Shown piece by piece: positions 37,849 through 51,504 of a stretch of DNA of 64,000 nt. The DNA is from Podarcis tiliguerta (Eukaryota): assembly GCA_965153285.1 (NCBI GenBank), contig OZ229112.1; one strand, 5' to 3'. Under the pieces are notes generated by a model. That model saw only the letters and a program-made list of their open reading frames with translations. It did no database searches and was not told the DNA's origin. Positions within the stretch are counted from its first letter, which is position 1. Every line of letters begins with the position of its first letter. The translations under genes were made by a program, and so were the position numbers.

Positions 37849-40799
37849 GAGCATTTGCTGGGCAACAGAGCACACTCACTCACTTTAATTGTGCAAACTT
37901 AAATTTATTGTATGTGCTTGTACCCATCCTGCAAAATCGTAGCAAGTCTGGAGGCACCCCTAGTGAGCTTTACAGTTTCAAGTTTCCCCAGCCTCACACT
38001 CTGGCCATTACATCATATTGGCTCCTGTGTTTTTCCCCTTCAGAAAGCCAACCTACCCTCTATCCAGCTCTGCTGAACTCCACATGCACTTGTCATAGCC
38101 ATTATTTTTTAAGGAGACTTTATGTAAGAAAGATGACCTTTTTTAGATTGGCAAACAACAGAGCTTGCTTTCAAATGCCTCGGTCGTGCCTTCCGTCGCC
38201 TCGGTGCATATGGCAGAAACACCCACATTAAGAGAAGGATGTGGCAGCTGAGCTGAGAAAATGTAGATGCTGCAAATGTTGGAATCAGCACATTTGTGTG
38301 TGTGTGTGTGTGTGTTTTATAAATAAAATGACTGTATGGTGTCTCTGGTCCCATCACACTTTCCAAAAGTGTTGCAGAGGGAAGGTGAGAGAGGCTCTTT
38401 AATTGCTTTCTTGTTTAAAACGATCCTCCTTTAGGCTTTTAAAAAAGTGCTTATTTATTTTAATGAGGAGTTCACAATTCCTCTTCCCATTTATATGTTT
38501 TGCAATGCATCTCTAACCACCTGGTTTTGTTTGGAGGAGGGAGTACACAGAGATTTTCCTGCATTAATCACAGCAAGGGGAGCAGCATGTGCCATGTGGA
38601 GCCATCCTCTGTGGTAGAAGTGTTGTGCTCAGTGTTCAATATAATATGGCCACTTTGTCTAATAAATGAAGAAATAAGTTCCTTGTTTCTTCTGGGAAAA
38701 CAGAGCTGTAGAGAGGACTGTAAAAGGGTGGCATGAATAAATGCTTTGTAATAACAGGGTACAGATGAAGCAGTAAATTTAGGGATATGTGCAAAACACA
38801 TTCCTTTATTTTTGAATATATTTCTGCCTGCCTTACATGCTGGCACTTAGCATAGAAGAGCAGCCATGCAATTTGCAAAAAGCAGATCTAAATTATTGTT
38901 GTGCATGATCATCATGAATTGCGCAGAGTGCGCCCATGGAGAAAAGCTCAAGGAACTTCGCAGATCTGAATCAGTGTTGCCCATTGCCTGCACAGTGGGC
39001 TCATTCAAAAGCACAAACCAGAGTATATACTATTTATGTCTTCGCTTAGAGCTTTCGTAGGCCACTTTCTGCCACTAGTGACCTTAAAGCAGTTTACATA
39101 CAGCAGTCGAACAATACCAATGCAAATTGTAAAATGCAACTCATATTAATGAGTTCTGAAACACTGTCAAAGAAACCATTGGCTTCTTTGTACCACCGCT
39201 TGCTCAGTTTAATCACTGATTCCTTCATGGTTTCAATGATAAAATCTACAAGCCTGCTCCTCTGGGATACTTATCTGAAAATGGAGATATGTGATCTTCC
39301 ATGTGGGGATAGAAACTCACAGCTCTTCAGGACCTGCTAATTCCCAATGGTCTGTGAGAGACTTTCTCCTGCAAGTTCCAAAGATCTCAGTATCCCATTT
39401 CTCAGTGAATTGGAACAGGGCTTTTAGTATGGCTGCCCCTGTTCTATGGAATAGCATCCCTGTTGAGATATGACTATCTGCACTTTCCAGAAACAATTGA
39501 AGACATTTTTGTTCCAATAGGCTTTCCCAGCTGGATAAATGGGTCTTTTCTGCAAGTGCCCTCTTGGAAGCATTTTACTTTTGGTTTAAATGTTTTTATT
39601 GCTTTTCTGTTTTTATCTGCTCTTCATTCTTTATATGTAAATTAGTTTGAGATTTGGGTCTAGAATGCTTAGAAACTTAGCACATGGTTTCTCTGTCACT
39701 GGGCAAAGAGACAGCTTTCTGTAGCATCTAACCATGTCATAAAGACCAGAGTTGTCACAGTTGCACACTGCACATATGTCTGCGGCGCACCATATGCATT
39801 CTATGCTCTGCTTGACTCTATAGATAGAGCCTACAGGCTCCCCTTATGATCATAAGCATTAGGCAGAAAACGCTTTAAGTGGTTACTGCATGTCTTCCAT
39901 GTGGCTGAGTCAACTCTCCAATGAAAGCTAGTAGTGGTTGGTTGTGCATACTTTTCTGTAGAGTTTGGAGTAGGTACTTCAGTGGCATGGCAGACACAAC
40001 TGTGCGCTGCAAACTTTCTATGAGAAGGAAAAATGCCTAAGACATCTGAAAGAGGATGGGGGGAAACAAAATGAAGCCATACCACACTCTTGTCATGTGC
40101 CTAGCTTGAGCAAGTGAAGCCTAATCTCTCTCCATCATCACTTATCCAGGAGTGGGTACATACCACTCAGTATTTTTCTCTCTGAATGAATCACTCTTTC
40201 TAAGCATACACACCATATAAGCATACACCATATACAGTCTCTGGTAGTTTGTCTTTCTCGTAGTCCCAATATTTGGCAGTAAAAGTGGCCTTCTGTCAGA
40301 GCCTCTCTCTCTCTCATGACACTAGCTGTGCATTTGTTCTGGCTTAGACTTATGGAGTGAGGTTGGTGGCTTTCAGACTGAGAAATGTGTAGTCACCACC
40401 ACCACCAGTTCTACATTAATGTCAAGTATAATTGAGACAAATGGCTCAGGATGTGTGTGCTTATGTTTGGGTCCCTCCCTCACCAACACACACAGATAGG
40501 ATCAAACACATTGTTCTCACTCTCTAGGCCATTGGAGAGCATTTGTGAACATCATAGGATAGGATTAACTGCACAGTCCTTTCCAATTGGGCCTATCAAT
40601 CCCGGTGAGGGGCACACATTGTCTCTAGCAATATAGAACTGTTGTAGTTCCTAATGCCGCTGTGTATGTATGTGTATGCAGTCTTAAGAAATAGAGGGAT
40701 AACAGGTATAGGATAACGCTAAGTAGGAGAATAAACATAGGAGGAAAGATAGGAGTAAACATGCTACAATTTAAAATCTGCACTTCCCAATTGGCCTCT

Positions 40800-41100
40800 T
40801 AGGTAAAGGTAAAGGGACCCCTGACCGTTAAGTCCAGTCGTGGATGACTTTGGGGTTGCGGCTCTCATCTTGCTTTACTGGCCAAGGGAGCCGGTGTTTG
40901 TCCACAGACAGCTTCTGGGTCATGTGGCCAGCATGCCTAAGCTGCTTCTGGTGAACCAGAGCAGCTCACGGAAATGCCGTTTACCTTCCCACTGGAGTGG
41001 TATCTATTTATCTACTTGCACTTTGATGTGCTTTTGAACTGCTAGGTTGGCAGGAGCAGGGACCGAGCAACGGGAGCTCACCCCGTCGCGGGGATTCGAA
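40800..41100 (-). mobile_element. Sauria SINE, 5'-truncated within the B box
   Basis: (AGGTAA)n tail at 40801. Body similarity ends at gggattcgaa. Confidence 0.93.
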
Positions 41101-41532
41101 ATCTCGGCAATGATCCGCCTCTTAGAAATGACAAAACCACAAATCCTCAATCAAACATTGTTTCATCTGATGCTTTACTTTCTGCTGGATAGCACCGGTC
41201 AGTACAAGCAATGAGGACCAGTCCAAAGTGTGGCTGGAACATTTGACTGAACCTTTACATTGTGCATGCAGTAAGTGGCAACCCCAAGAGCAGAAGCCTC
41301 ATACACAGTCTGCTTTCCACCACCCTTGGCATTCATGTCCTGTCTTCTCTAGTCCCGGATTATTTCCTGTTGCCATGGCTTCTACTCTTGGAAATGCAGC
41401 AGAAGGTTAGAATGGATGCCTGCATACCATTTTGTCTCCCTTTAGTTTTAAAGGGTAAAGATTCCTAATTCTTTCTTTCATCCCCTCTCTCTGGCTGTGT
41501 TTGTGAGAAAGAACGCAGCTACATTTACTATG

Positions 41533-41593
41533 CCTGGCGTGCTCTGGTCCATGGGGTCATGAAGAGTCAGACACGACTAAACGACTAAACAAC
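41533..41593 (+). mobile_element. 61-bp Bov-B 3' terminus
   Basis: cctggcgtgctctggtccatggggtcatgaagagtcagacacgactaaacgactaaacaac. TSD acatttactatg / acattcactatg. Confidence 0.92.
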
Positions 41594-42292
41594 ACATTCA
41601 CTATGTGCCACTTTTCAGGGTGAAGAGCTAACAATAACAAAGGAAGAATAGGCTAGTGGTTAGAATGGAGTGAAGTGTGAGAATGAGGGGCATGTTGAAA
41701 GGTGTGACATCTGCTTTGGACAATCACCTGTCTGGTGGAGGGCAGCACTTGGTGGACTGCAAGAGCTGAAAGCTACCTATCCCACACCACGCAATCCAAG
41801 GACCATCTATCAACAGTGGTGTGTGATGGTGTGTATACAGTGTTGGTGGTGGCGCTGCCAGTTGGGAGAGTGCCAAGTTGGCAGCCCTGTAGGTGTGCAG
41901 ATACTTGTGGCACTGAACCTGATCCCCCCCAATCTCACCTCACCCCATCCCAGCTAATGTGGCACCACCACACCTGGGAACATGCTGCTGCCCCTCTGCT
42001 TCCCTCCCTTGCCATTGCTGCCATCACCAAGCATGCTTGGTTCGTCAAAACCTGTTTTGTGTGAGTGCACACATTGCGCTTTGCTCTGCATTAACAAACG
42101 CCCATGCGCCATCCTTGCCACAGCTTTGCTTCTCCTTGCCTGCTCTTGATGCACAATGTAATTTACATATGCACCTTCTCCTTGCAGCTTTCTCAGCTAG
42201 TGATCAGACTGGGTGTACTTATTTCGGTTAGCGTTTGCTTACTGCACTTTTGCATGCTGAAATGTCGGTTAGAATAAGGAGAGGCAGATTTG

Positions 42293-43318
42293 AACACAGG
42301 AAGCTGTTTTACAGCAAGCTAGATTATTTCTCTATCTAGCACAGTGTTGTCTATCCTAACTGACTACAGCTCCCTGGGGTCTCAAGCAGAGGTCGTTCCC
42401 AGCACCTGATACCCTGATACCTTTAACTGGAGATGCTGGAGATTGAAGGGGGAAAGGTGGCTCAGTGGCAGCGCTCTGCATGCATAAGGTCACAGGTTCC
42501 AACCCTGGCATCTCCAGGGAGGGATAGGAAGCTCCCCTGCTTGAAACCTTGGATAACCACACTGCCAGCCTGCATGGACAATACTGAGCTAGAGGTATCA
42601 GTGGTCTGACCCAGTATAAGGCGAATTTCGAATGGATCAGACCAAAATGCCCCTCATCCTGTATTTTCTTTCCTACAATGGCCAACTGAATACCTCTGGG
42701 AAGCCCACAAGCAGAACCTGAGGGCAATAACCTTCTCCTGCTTCTGTTCCCCAGCAACTGACATTCAGAGCCATGGTCTCTCTGATCCTGGAAGTAATAT
42801 AGCTATGGACAAATTGATCCTCCCCAAATCCATTCATGCCTCTTTATGCAGGAGCAAATTCCATAGTATTTCTATGCACATCCTTTTGTCTGTCCTGAAT
42901 ATCCCACCAGCTTTCAAGGAGGACTGGAGACCTTTTCTAGTCTATTTGAAAACTAACTTCTCCTATGTGAAGTCCACAGTGGGGTTTGACGTCTAAGGGG
43001 GGGGGGGGGTAACAGAACATAGAAAGAAATTTGTTTTAAAAGATGAAACTGGGTAAGACGGAATTTTTGAAATGCAATTGTGTGTAATCATAATTATAAA
43101 CATTGAGGTTGGCTGAACAGGAAGTCATTAATATTGTAGAATAGGATTATAACTGTTGAGTGATAAAGTGTAACTTTGAATCTTGAAATAAAATAAAATA
43201 TTAAAAGGAAAAAAGAATATCCCACCAGCAGCTTCATTGGATGGCCACTGGTTCTAATATTATGGGACATTATTCATGCAAAGCTGAAGCTTTACTCCTG
43301 AGCTATAGCCCCTCTCCA
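42293..43318. mobile_element. Nest: minus-strand tRNA-Ala SINE split by a plus-strand tRNA-Ala SINE (~42450-42625), a CR1 fragment and an L1 tail
   Basis: The outer SINE breaks at ggagattgaa (~42446) and its head resumes at ~43264-43318. Confidence 0.65.
42912..43214 (+). mobile_element. L1 3' end
   Basis: FKEDWRPFLVYLK ORF2-like terminus, AATAAA and an A-rich tail. 15-bp TSD gaatatcccaccagc at 42897-42911 and 43215-43229. Confidence 0.88.
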
Positions 43319-43439
43319 ATGGAAGGTAGCAGGGCCTACAGATTCCATTTCCAGCTAAAGAGCTTGGTCAGTCTGCCTCTACAGGGAACTAGCAAAAGAC
43401 ACCTGCAGTGTTTACAGACTAAGGTGAAATTACACTGAA

Positions 43440-43800
43440 GCGCGGGTGGCGCTGTGGTCTAAACCACTGAGCCTAGGGCTTGCCGATCAGAAGGTCGGCG
43501 GTTCGAATCCCTGTGACGGGGTGAGCTCCCGTTGTTCGGTCCCTGCTCCTGCCAACCTAACAGTTCGAAAGCACGTCAAAGTGCAGGTAGATAAATAGGT
43601 ACCACTCTGGTGGGAAGCTAAACAGTGTTTCCGTGCGCTGCTCTGTTTCACCAGAAGCAGCTTAGGCATGCTGGCCAGAAGACCTGGAAGCTGTCTGCGG
43701 TCAAACGCCGGCTCCCTCAGCCAGTAAAGCGAGATGAGCGCCGCAACCCCAGAGTCGTCTGCGACTGGACCTAATGGTCAGGGGTCCCTTTACCTTTACT
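43440..43800 (+). mobile_element. Sauria SINE, near full length, CpG-rich (young)
   Basis: Intact B box ggttcgaatcc and (ACCTTT)n tail. Confidence 0.95.
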
Positions 43801-45092
43801 TTGCTTTACCTATCTGTTGCATTCTCTGTAATGGAACCCCCTATACACCATAGTGAGGGACTAGGGGGCTTGATTAAAGAAGACTACAAATATCTTTGCA
43901 GGTCTTTTCAAAGTATGAAAACTTCTGTAACCCCTTTACTTCCATCTGGAAGGCCAAGTTGGAAGAAAAAGCTGATCTAGTACTGAGCAAATGCACCAGC
44001 AGGAGTGTTGCATGAGTTTGGCTGGCACTTTTGTACCACATTGACTTCTCCACTGCCTCACTCCTTCCACTCTTGGTAAACAGCAGCAATTCCTTCTACG
44101 AAACTAGTCCACTCAACACAGTGAGCTGTTTCTGGTGGTCTGTATGTGTGGCATGTGTGCTGTATGTGTGGTTCAGTGTATGCGTGTGTTTGTGTGTAAA
44201 AGAGAGAGGAGGGTGGCAGCCAAGCTGACTTTGGGCACTCCTTGTTTCACCTGCCTTTTGAATATGGCCCTTGTAGGGCTGACCAACAGGGAATGTGGTC
44301 CTTGCCCCTGCACTGAGGGATTTTAATCACCACCGCACTATAAAGAGTCAAACGCTCTTCTCAAAATCATAAAATAATACCCCACTGTGTGACAGTTATG
44401 ACCAGTTTCCTAAGTTATTTGACGATGAGGCCTTGGGAGGCAGGAATGACAGAGAGGCAGAGATGTAGGCTGAGTTGCTTGTAGACTTAAATTAAACACT
44501 CATGCAAAGACACCACAGGCCTTGATCACAGGGTTTCACAGTCAGATTGCAGTCTGTGGGTGTTTCCTTTCCAATGGGCTAACTAATCAGGGCTTCCTCT
44601 ATCATTGCCTCTTTCAAGTTGTCATTCCAGATAGCCACTTAGGTGCACTTAGGCTGTGTACATACTATGCCTTTAAAGCAAATTCAAAGCACATTTTCCC
44701 TTCAAAGAATTCTGGGCACAGTAGTTTGCCTTTCAAAGACTTACAATTTACAGAAACCCTTAATGAACTACAGGGCCCAGAATTCAGTGAGAGGAAAAAT
44801 GTGCTCTAAAAAGTGTAGTATGAACATATTGTAGCTATATGTTAAGGGTTGGGAATCTGTGGCCCTCCTGATACTGATGTAAAGCTAATCAAATGACTAA
44901 GCCAAGTACCCTAGAGATCTTTGTTCCATTATATGTTGTTGATGGCTGTAGTGGGCAGTGGAAGGCTGACTGTGTCCTTGCCTGCCAGAGAATACTGATT
45001 TTATAAAATATGTGGAAATTCCAACAGGGGGAGGTACTTTTGATTTTGTATCCAATGACACTCTGTTAGTTATATTCTATTAATTGCCCTGA

Positions 45093-45334
45093 GAGCCAGT
45101 GTGGTGTAGTTAAGAGTGACAGACTCATAATCTGGTGAACCGGGTTCGCGTCTCCACTCCTCCACATGCAGCTGCTGGGTGACCTTGGGCCAGTCACACT
45201 TCTTTGAAGTCTCTCAGCCCCACTCACCTCACAGAGTGTTTGTTGTGATGGAGGAAGGGAAAGGAGATTGTTAGCCGCTTTGAGACTCCTTCGGGTAGTG
45301 ATAAAGTGGGATATCAAATCCAAACTCTTCTTCT
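45093..45334 (+). mobile_element. Squam3-like SINE (young copy)
   Basis: Near-identical to 5540-5786, with a (TCT)n tail. Confidence 0.88.
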
Positions 45335-47244
45335 GAGGGAAAAGAAGTGTCTGTAGGGAGGTCCGAGTATCTCTGAGCTGAAATTTTGGAACTTTGGTTC
45401 ATGATGCAGCCATGAAGGGTATCTCCCATTTAAATACACTATTCTCATATTTTGGCACAGAGGAAGGAATGGGCAGATTTATTATAATTGGTAGGTCTTA
45501 CTCTGCTAAAGACACCAGCTGATAAGTGGCAAAGAAGAACCCTCCATAGAAATGGCATGAGCTCATAATTTTTTTTACGATAATGGACACCTGTTTTGTT
45601 AGCTCCCAATTAAGAACTGAAACTATAGAGAAAGTTGCAAGTCTCTCAAACGGGTCATCAATCAAATGCAGAGCGCTGATAATTGGAATAGAAATGTTTA
45701 AGCTGGTTAATGTAATGAATTGGGGTGGGAAAATAATAATGGAGGATGAGATATAGATAGATGAATGGATAGGTAATTAGCTCCCACATCAGAAGTCTCC
45801 TGTTTATGCTGGTCAGGGAAGAAGCGGGGAAACAAGAAAAAATTCTTCCAGTTGGTGCAGCAGAGTAGTCTAGAAATGGCACATCACCGGTAACTGGAAT
45901 GACTTAAAATCCTGTGGATCCTTGGCTGGTTCAGCTCCACACCCTCATTGCTCCTGGGTTCCACTGTGGTAGCATTGTGGGGGTATAGCTAATGCAGTGG
46001 ACACAGCAGGAACGTTTGCAGTGATGGACGCTCCAGACAATGGAGCCCACATCCTAATCCCCTCCAGTATGGCAGGTCAGGCGGTAGGATTCCTCTGCTC
46101 ATACTCTGGATATTCAGACACAGTCATGACTGGAAAATACGTGGCTTCAAACAGTGCTGACATCAAGCTGTGATGGAAAAGGAACATTCAGGGGCAACCC
46201 AGTCAGATGGGTGAGGTACAAATAACAACAACAAGAACAACAATTCCATTAAAACAATTATTTGAATGTGGCACTCTCTGAATTTGTCAGCTTACCTTGT
46301 TGCGTTGCTTTAGACAGGGATCGGAAAACTACAGAGTACTTTATTTCTCCGGAGGGCATCCGTCCAATCACTTTCAGGATAGAAGGGCATCAGATTCATG
46401 ATTAATCAGGATTGGACTCTAGACAAAAACCCTCAAGGCAAAATGGCCCCAAGCTTCAGGGGACGTGGTCTAATATAGACTTTCCCCTCCCCTCTTCAAG
46501 TGCTCATGGGGCAGCTTTTTCCCATGAGTTCATCACACAGATACTATATTTACTGTTGACATCCATTAATTGTTACTAAGGCTTTTTGTAAGGGGGGGAA
46601 ATGGTGAGCAGGTAAGACTTTGAACTGAATATGGTTGCTTGATGGTAACTTTCCCCCACTGCAGCGAGCCCTGTGTTTCAGCATAACCTGACTGGAGTAA
46701 ATAACATGCTAAAAAATATTTTATGAATGAGGAACGAAGTTCATTGTATCAGCCTGACATTTGTTAATACCCTACAGCAGCAGGGAGTCATCTTCAAAGT
46801 GTTTTGGCCTTTTTATTCTTGTTTTGTTTGTGTGTGTTTGTGCCTGTAGATGTGTTTTGCGGGGAGGGTGTCATTTGGCACCTGAAGCTGCTTGCTCTGT
46901 TGACTAATGCCACGGAAGAGTAAGCATTCTTCACCCATCGTGATTTCCCTGGGGAAATGGGCAGAAATGCCATAATTCTCTTTCACAGTCATCTATTTTG
47001 CTTTTCAGCTGATTCTCGCAGAGGAAGAGGAATCTATGGCCTGCCATGTGTTGTTGGACTTCATTTCCCATATTTCCTGGCCATTCTCCATCCTGGGTGC
47101 GGCTGATGGAGTTCAACAATCTCTGGAGGGCCACTGCACACCCACACTCCTGCCGTAGATGTTATGAATAACCTCTTGACAGGACTCTAAGGGGAGAAGC
47201 AAAATACACCTAAAATTCCATGTATTTGTTCTCAGAGTCGAGTA

Positions 47245-47471
47245 CAGTGGTACCTCAGGTTAAGAATTTAATTCGTTCTGGAGGTCCGTTCTTAACCTGA
47301 AACTGTTCTTAACCTGAGGTACCTCTTTAGCTCATGGGGCCTCCCACTGCCACCATGCAATTTCTGTTCTCATCCTGAAGCAAAGTTCTTAACCTGAGGT
47401 ACTATTTCCGGGTTAGCGGAGTAACCTGAAGTGTCTGTAACCTGAAGTGTCTGTAACCTGAGGTACCACTG
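47245..47471. mobile_element. Tigger/pogo-like MITE
   Basis: TA|CAGTGGTACCTCAGGTTA ... TAACCTGAGGTACCACTG|TA, perfect 18-bp TIRs. Confidence 0.94.
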
Positions 47472-48127
47472 TAGTTTTATTCAGTTCAGCACTGGGCTGC
47501 TTTACATTCAGATCAGTCTTCTGAGGAGGTTAGTTCATGCCACAAATATATTCTTGGTTTTTCTGCTTCTAGCGTAAAAACTTTGTTTCTGCCGTTTTGG
47601 AAAATTCAGGAAAATACCCTGCAGGATAAACAAAACTGTTGGCAACAAGTGGCCCTGGTCAAAATAATGATAATCCAACTGGACATGCAATTATTCAGAT
47701 CTTCATACAGAATTGATCCAGGAGACCACATAGGGAACTGACTATGTCAAAAAGTAACACATGTCTCAACACTGAGTTCAGAAGCTGTTTGGGCATTAGA
47801 TAACTTAAGATCACAAGGTTATTCAAATATCAGAAACAATGGGAATTCACTTGGGAAGGAAGGCCCCTCTGGTTTCCCTCATATCCAAAATTTTCCTTTG
47901 CTTATGTTCCTAACCATTCTGACATACTACACCTAGCAACTGGAGCAAGGGGTGGTTTGTGGAGATGGGTGCTGCCGCCACTGTGCTTAGCAGGAGGAAG
48001 AGGCAGAGGGGTGGGGCAGTCACTTTGCTTGCTTCTGTTGCTCCACAAAAAGAATTTTTTTGGAGGGTACAGTGGATATTTCCATAAGGGAAGGCATAAA
48101 TCCTCATGAAAAACATGTGATTGGGGT

Positions 48128-48566
48128 TGTTGTTGTTGTTTAGTCATTTAGTCGTGTCTGACTCTGCGTGACCCCATGGACCAGAGCACACCAGGCACTC
48201 CTGTCTTCCACTGCCTCCCCCAATTTGGTCAAACTCATGCTGGTAGCTTCGAGAACACTGTCCAACCATCTCATCCTCTGTCGTCCCCTTCTCCTTGTGC
48301 CCTCCATCTTTCCCAGCATCAGGGTCTTTTCCAGGGAGTCTTCTCTTTCCATGATGTGGCCAAAGTAACTGAAAAGTAACCTCTCATGAGGTAGCCAAAG
48401 TATTGGAGCCTCAGCTTCACGATCTGTCCTTCCAGTAAGCATTCCTTCAGAATGGATAGGTTTGATCTTCTTGCAGTCCACGGGACTCTGAAGAGTCTCC
48501 TCCAGCACCACAATTCAAAAGCATCAATTCTTTGGCTATCAGCCTTCTTTATGGTCCAGCTCTCAC
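48128..48566 (-). mobile_element. Bov-B LINE 3' fragment
   Basis: ESWTIKKADSQRIDAFELWCWRRL...EDSLEKTLMLGKMEGTRRRGRQRMRWLDSV. 21-bp TSD tgaaaaacatgtgattggggt at 48107-48127 and 48567-48587. Confidence 0.96.
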
Positions 48567-49599
48567 TGAAAAACATGTGATTGGGGTACCTTGGGGAAAT
48601 AATATACTGTGATTAAAGCTAGACCTGCCCATCAAAACAATAGATACATTCACCTCTCCGCATCTGCCCCCTTGGTCTCTGAGCATTTTCACCAATCTGT
48701 TTGGTTTGGTTTCTCGGGGTTAGTGGCAATTGTACATTTTTTGGACAGTTAGGGATGCAGAGCAAGTTTGGATCTGACTCAAAATGTCTTGTTAGCAGCT
48801 AAATACAGCTTGGGAATGTAAGAGTATTCCCTGATTCACCCCAATTTACCTCATAATTTGGAGTATGCATAGAGCCAATTCACACCCTTCATAACTTCTT
48901 ACCCTGTTCTGTACACCGCTTCGTGATCGTTACATGAAGCACAGTATGAAATTATAACTTTTAGCATAAAATAAAATAAAAGCATGAATGAGTATGGGTT
49001 AAGGGTCAATACTGAGAAGTAACAAAAGGCACAGAAAAGATAAGATTATGTTAAATCAGGAGAGAGGTTGCTTTTGAAATAGAATTTGAATGTGGGTTTT
49101 GAAAAAGAGCAGAGTGCCTTGAACTATAGAGGGGTGAATTTTAAGTGACTTATGTGAAACCAAGGTAAGTTCCTTATTCCTTGGAAAGGTACAAGATTGC
49201 ATTTGAGGGCTCCTTAATTATTTTTCCGGGTGACACAGGGCTAGGCCTGAAAGATGTAACTTCAATTCCATACTGGCTGAAGAGGACTTCTTTTTGCACT
49301 AAAATATTTGGGACAAATGGTGCTCTAGGCAAGCATGTCATCTTGTGCGCTTCAGGGACAGGCCTGGGGAGTACATCTGGGCTCACAGCGTACCCTGCTG
49401 TGTTCTCTGCTAGTTATTCTATCTGGCATGGAAATAGGATCAAACTGTACCTCCTTTGTCATCGTGGAAAAATGAATGCATGGGGGGGGGAGTGAGGAAA
49501 GGGAGACATGATAGAGGTATATAAAATCACACATAGTGTGGAGAGAGGCAGGGAAACATAGTCAGACAATTGGTCCATCTAGTTCAGTATTGTCTACAG

Positions 49600-50006
49600 C
49601 AGGGATGTCCAATAGGTCAATCACAATCTACTGGTAGATCCCTGGGAGGTTTTGGTAGATCGTGGTTGATCCCTTTCCTTAGCATTGGTGAAATAGAATC
49701 CGGCCCCACCCCCTCAACCCGCGCTCCATTGTTGCACTAGCTGCAACAATGCAGCTAGTGCAACAATGACAGAGTTTACCCAGTGAGGATGTTTGTTTCC
49801 CCAGCAGTCTGTCAGTGAGTGGCTGTTCCCCTTTCTCCCCCAAAATTGGCAACAGCTTAGCCCCAAACCCAACCCCCCAAAATGGGGCTTTCCTTCCTAA
49901 GAAAAGCTCAACAACGTTAACCTGAAACCCCCCAAAGTGGGAGGTCACTGCCAGTTTTTAATTATATGTGAGTAGATTGCAGTCTCTTGGGAGTTGGCCA
50001 CCCCTG
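49600..50006. mobile_element. hAT MITE (family of 8245-8715, inverted) inside a minus-strand tRNA-Ala SINE (~49558-50145)
   Basis: TIRs CAGGGATGTCCAA / TTGGCCACCCCTG. TSD gtctacag / gtctacaa. Confidence 0.9.
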
Positions 50007-50149
50007 GTCTACAATGAATGACAGGAGCTCTCCAAGGTTGCAGGCAGGGAACATTCCCAGCTCCCACTAGGAGATACTAGGGATTGAATTTGGGGCCTTC
50101 AGCATTCAAAGCAGCTGCTCTACCCCTGAGCTTTGATTCTTCCCATCTC

Positions 50150-50660
50150 ATAATACTGGGATCTGGGGCCAGCCAGTGGAGCTGAATGGTTAGAGATTCA
50201 GGAGAGACAAAAGGACGCAATTTGTCACCAACCAAATAACTGAGCCATGGAATTTGCTACCTCAAAATGCAGTGATAGCCACCACAATACCATTCTGTAG
50301 ATTTATTGTGCAACTGCATTTGCACAGCTGTGTACAGCTCTGGTTGCCTCACCTAAGACATGATATTATTCAGAAAAGGGCAATAAAGTGATCAAGGGCA
50401 TGGAGCAAGTCCTTTATGGGGAAAGGTTGCAGCATTTGGGGCTTTTAAACTCAGTCCCAAGGAGGCCATGATGGGCACCAACTTAGATGGCTTTAATAAT
50501 TAGGCAAATTCATGGAGGATAAAGCTATCAGTGGCTGCTAGTCATGGTAGCTAAATATACCAGTTGCTCATCTTCTCCTTGTTGGTTTTCCATAAGCATT
50601 TGGTTGGCCACTGATGGCCTTTGGTCTGCTCCAGCCAGGCAGTTGTATGTTCTTATATTT
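50150..50660 (+). mobile_element. Rearranged CR1 3' fragments
   Basis: CR1 ORF2-end motifs (agattcaggagagacaaaagg; gatcaagggcatggagcaa; aacttagatggcttt...ttcatggaggataaagcta). Confidence 0.75.
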
Positions 50661-51504
50661 ATCACTGACCACTTTTGTGACTAGTGAAGATGCAGGGACA
50701 TCTTCTCATGTTTTCCTTGCTAATGTCCCCTTTCCCCCAAGTCACTGTGACCATCAAAACTGACAAAGGAGCTCAAGCTTCCTCAGCCTTCTGACAGCCA
50801 GTTTATGCTGAAAGCTATTGCAACAATCATGGGCTTACACTTACTCAGAGATTACCCACAGCTGGCAAATCTGTATTGACAGTCCCCTTCCTTTTAAAGG
50901 GAAGAGCCAAATTCAAGATGTTGAAAGAAAGGAAGACAACAGCTGAATGATGTAACTGTAAACAAACCTTGGCAAGCAATGTGTCTCTTGGGGACATGTT
51001 ATCATCAGGTGCACATAATGAGCATTACAAGCTCCACACACGAGAGAGGCCTTTTCAAGGAGCCTGTTATGTGGTGATAGAGGTTGTGGTAAGCAGAATT
51101 AGAAATTACTGGCGGTAATGCCCCATTTCCCCCTTTGTACCACAGTGGTGATTGAATTACTATCCTTTTCTCCCTGGCATCTCCCTGGGCTTCACAGAAG
51201 GCTACCTCTACTGTCAGAGGCAGCAGTGCTTCTGAATACCAGTGGCTGGAAACCACAGGAAGGCAGATCTGCCTTGCAGGCTTCCCATATGTATTTGGTT
51301 GGGCACTGTGAGAACAGAAGGCTGGATTAGATGGGCCATTGGCCTGACACAGTAGGCTCTTCTTATGCTCTTATGCTGTGGACTGCATCTTCGCTCAGCC
51401 CCACACAGTATATTCAGTGGTCAGGAATGATGGGAGTTGTACTCAAAGCACCTGACTCTTCTTATGTTCTTAATGAAACAAGGTATATTATTAGAGGGTC
51501 AGCA

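Noticed and set aside
45980-46180. Harbinger/HARBI1 transposase remnant (DNGAHILIP resembling DGTHIPI)
   Set aside because: The similarity is limited to a few residues, and the expected downstream NRKG..S motif is absent.
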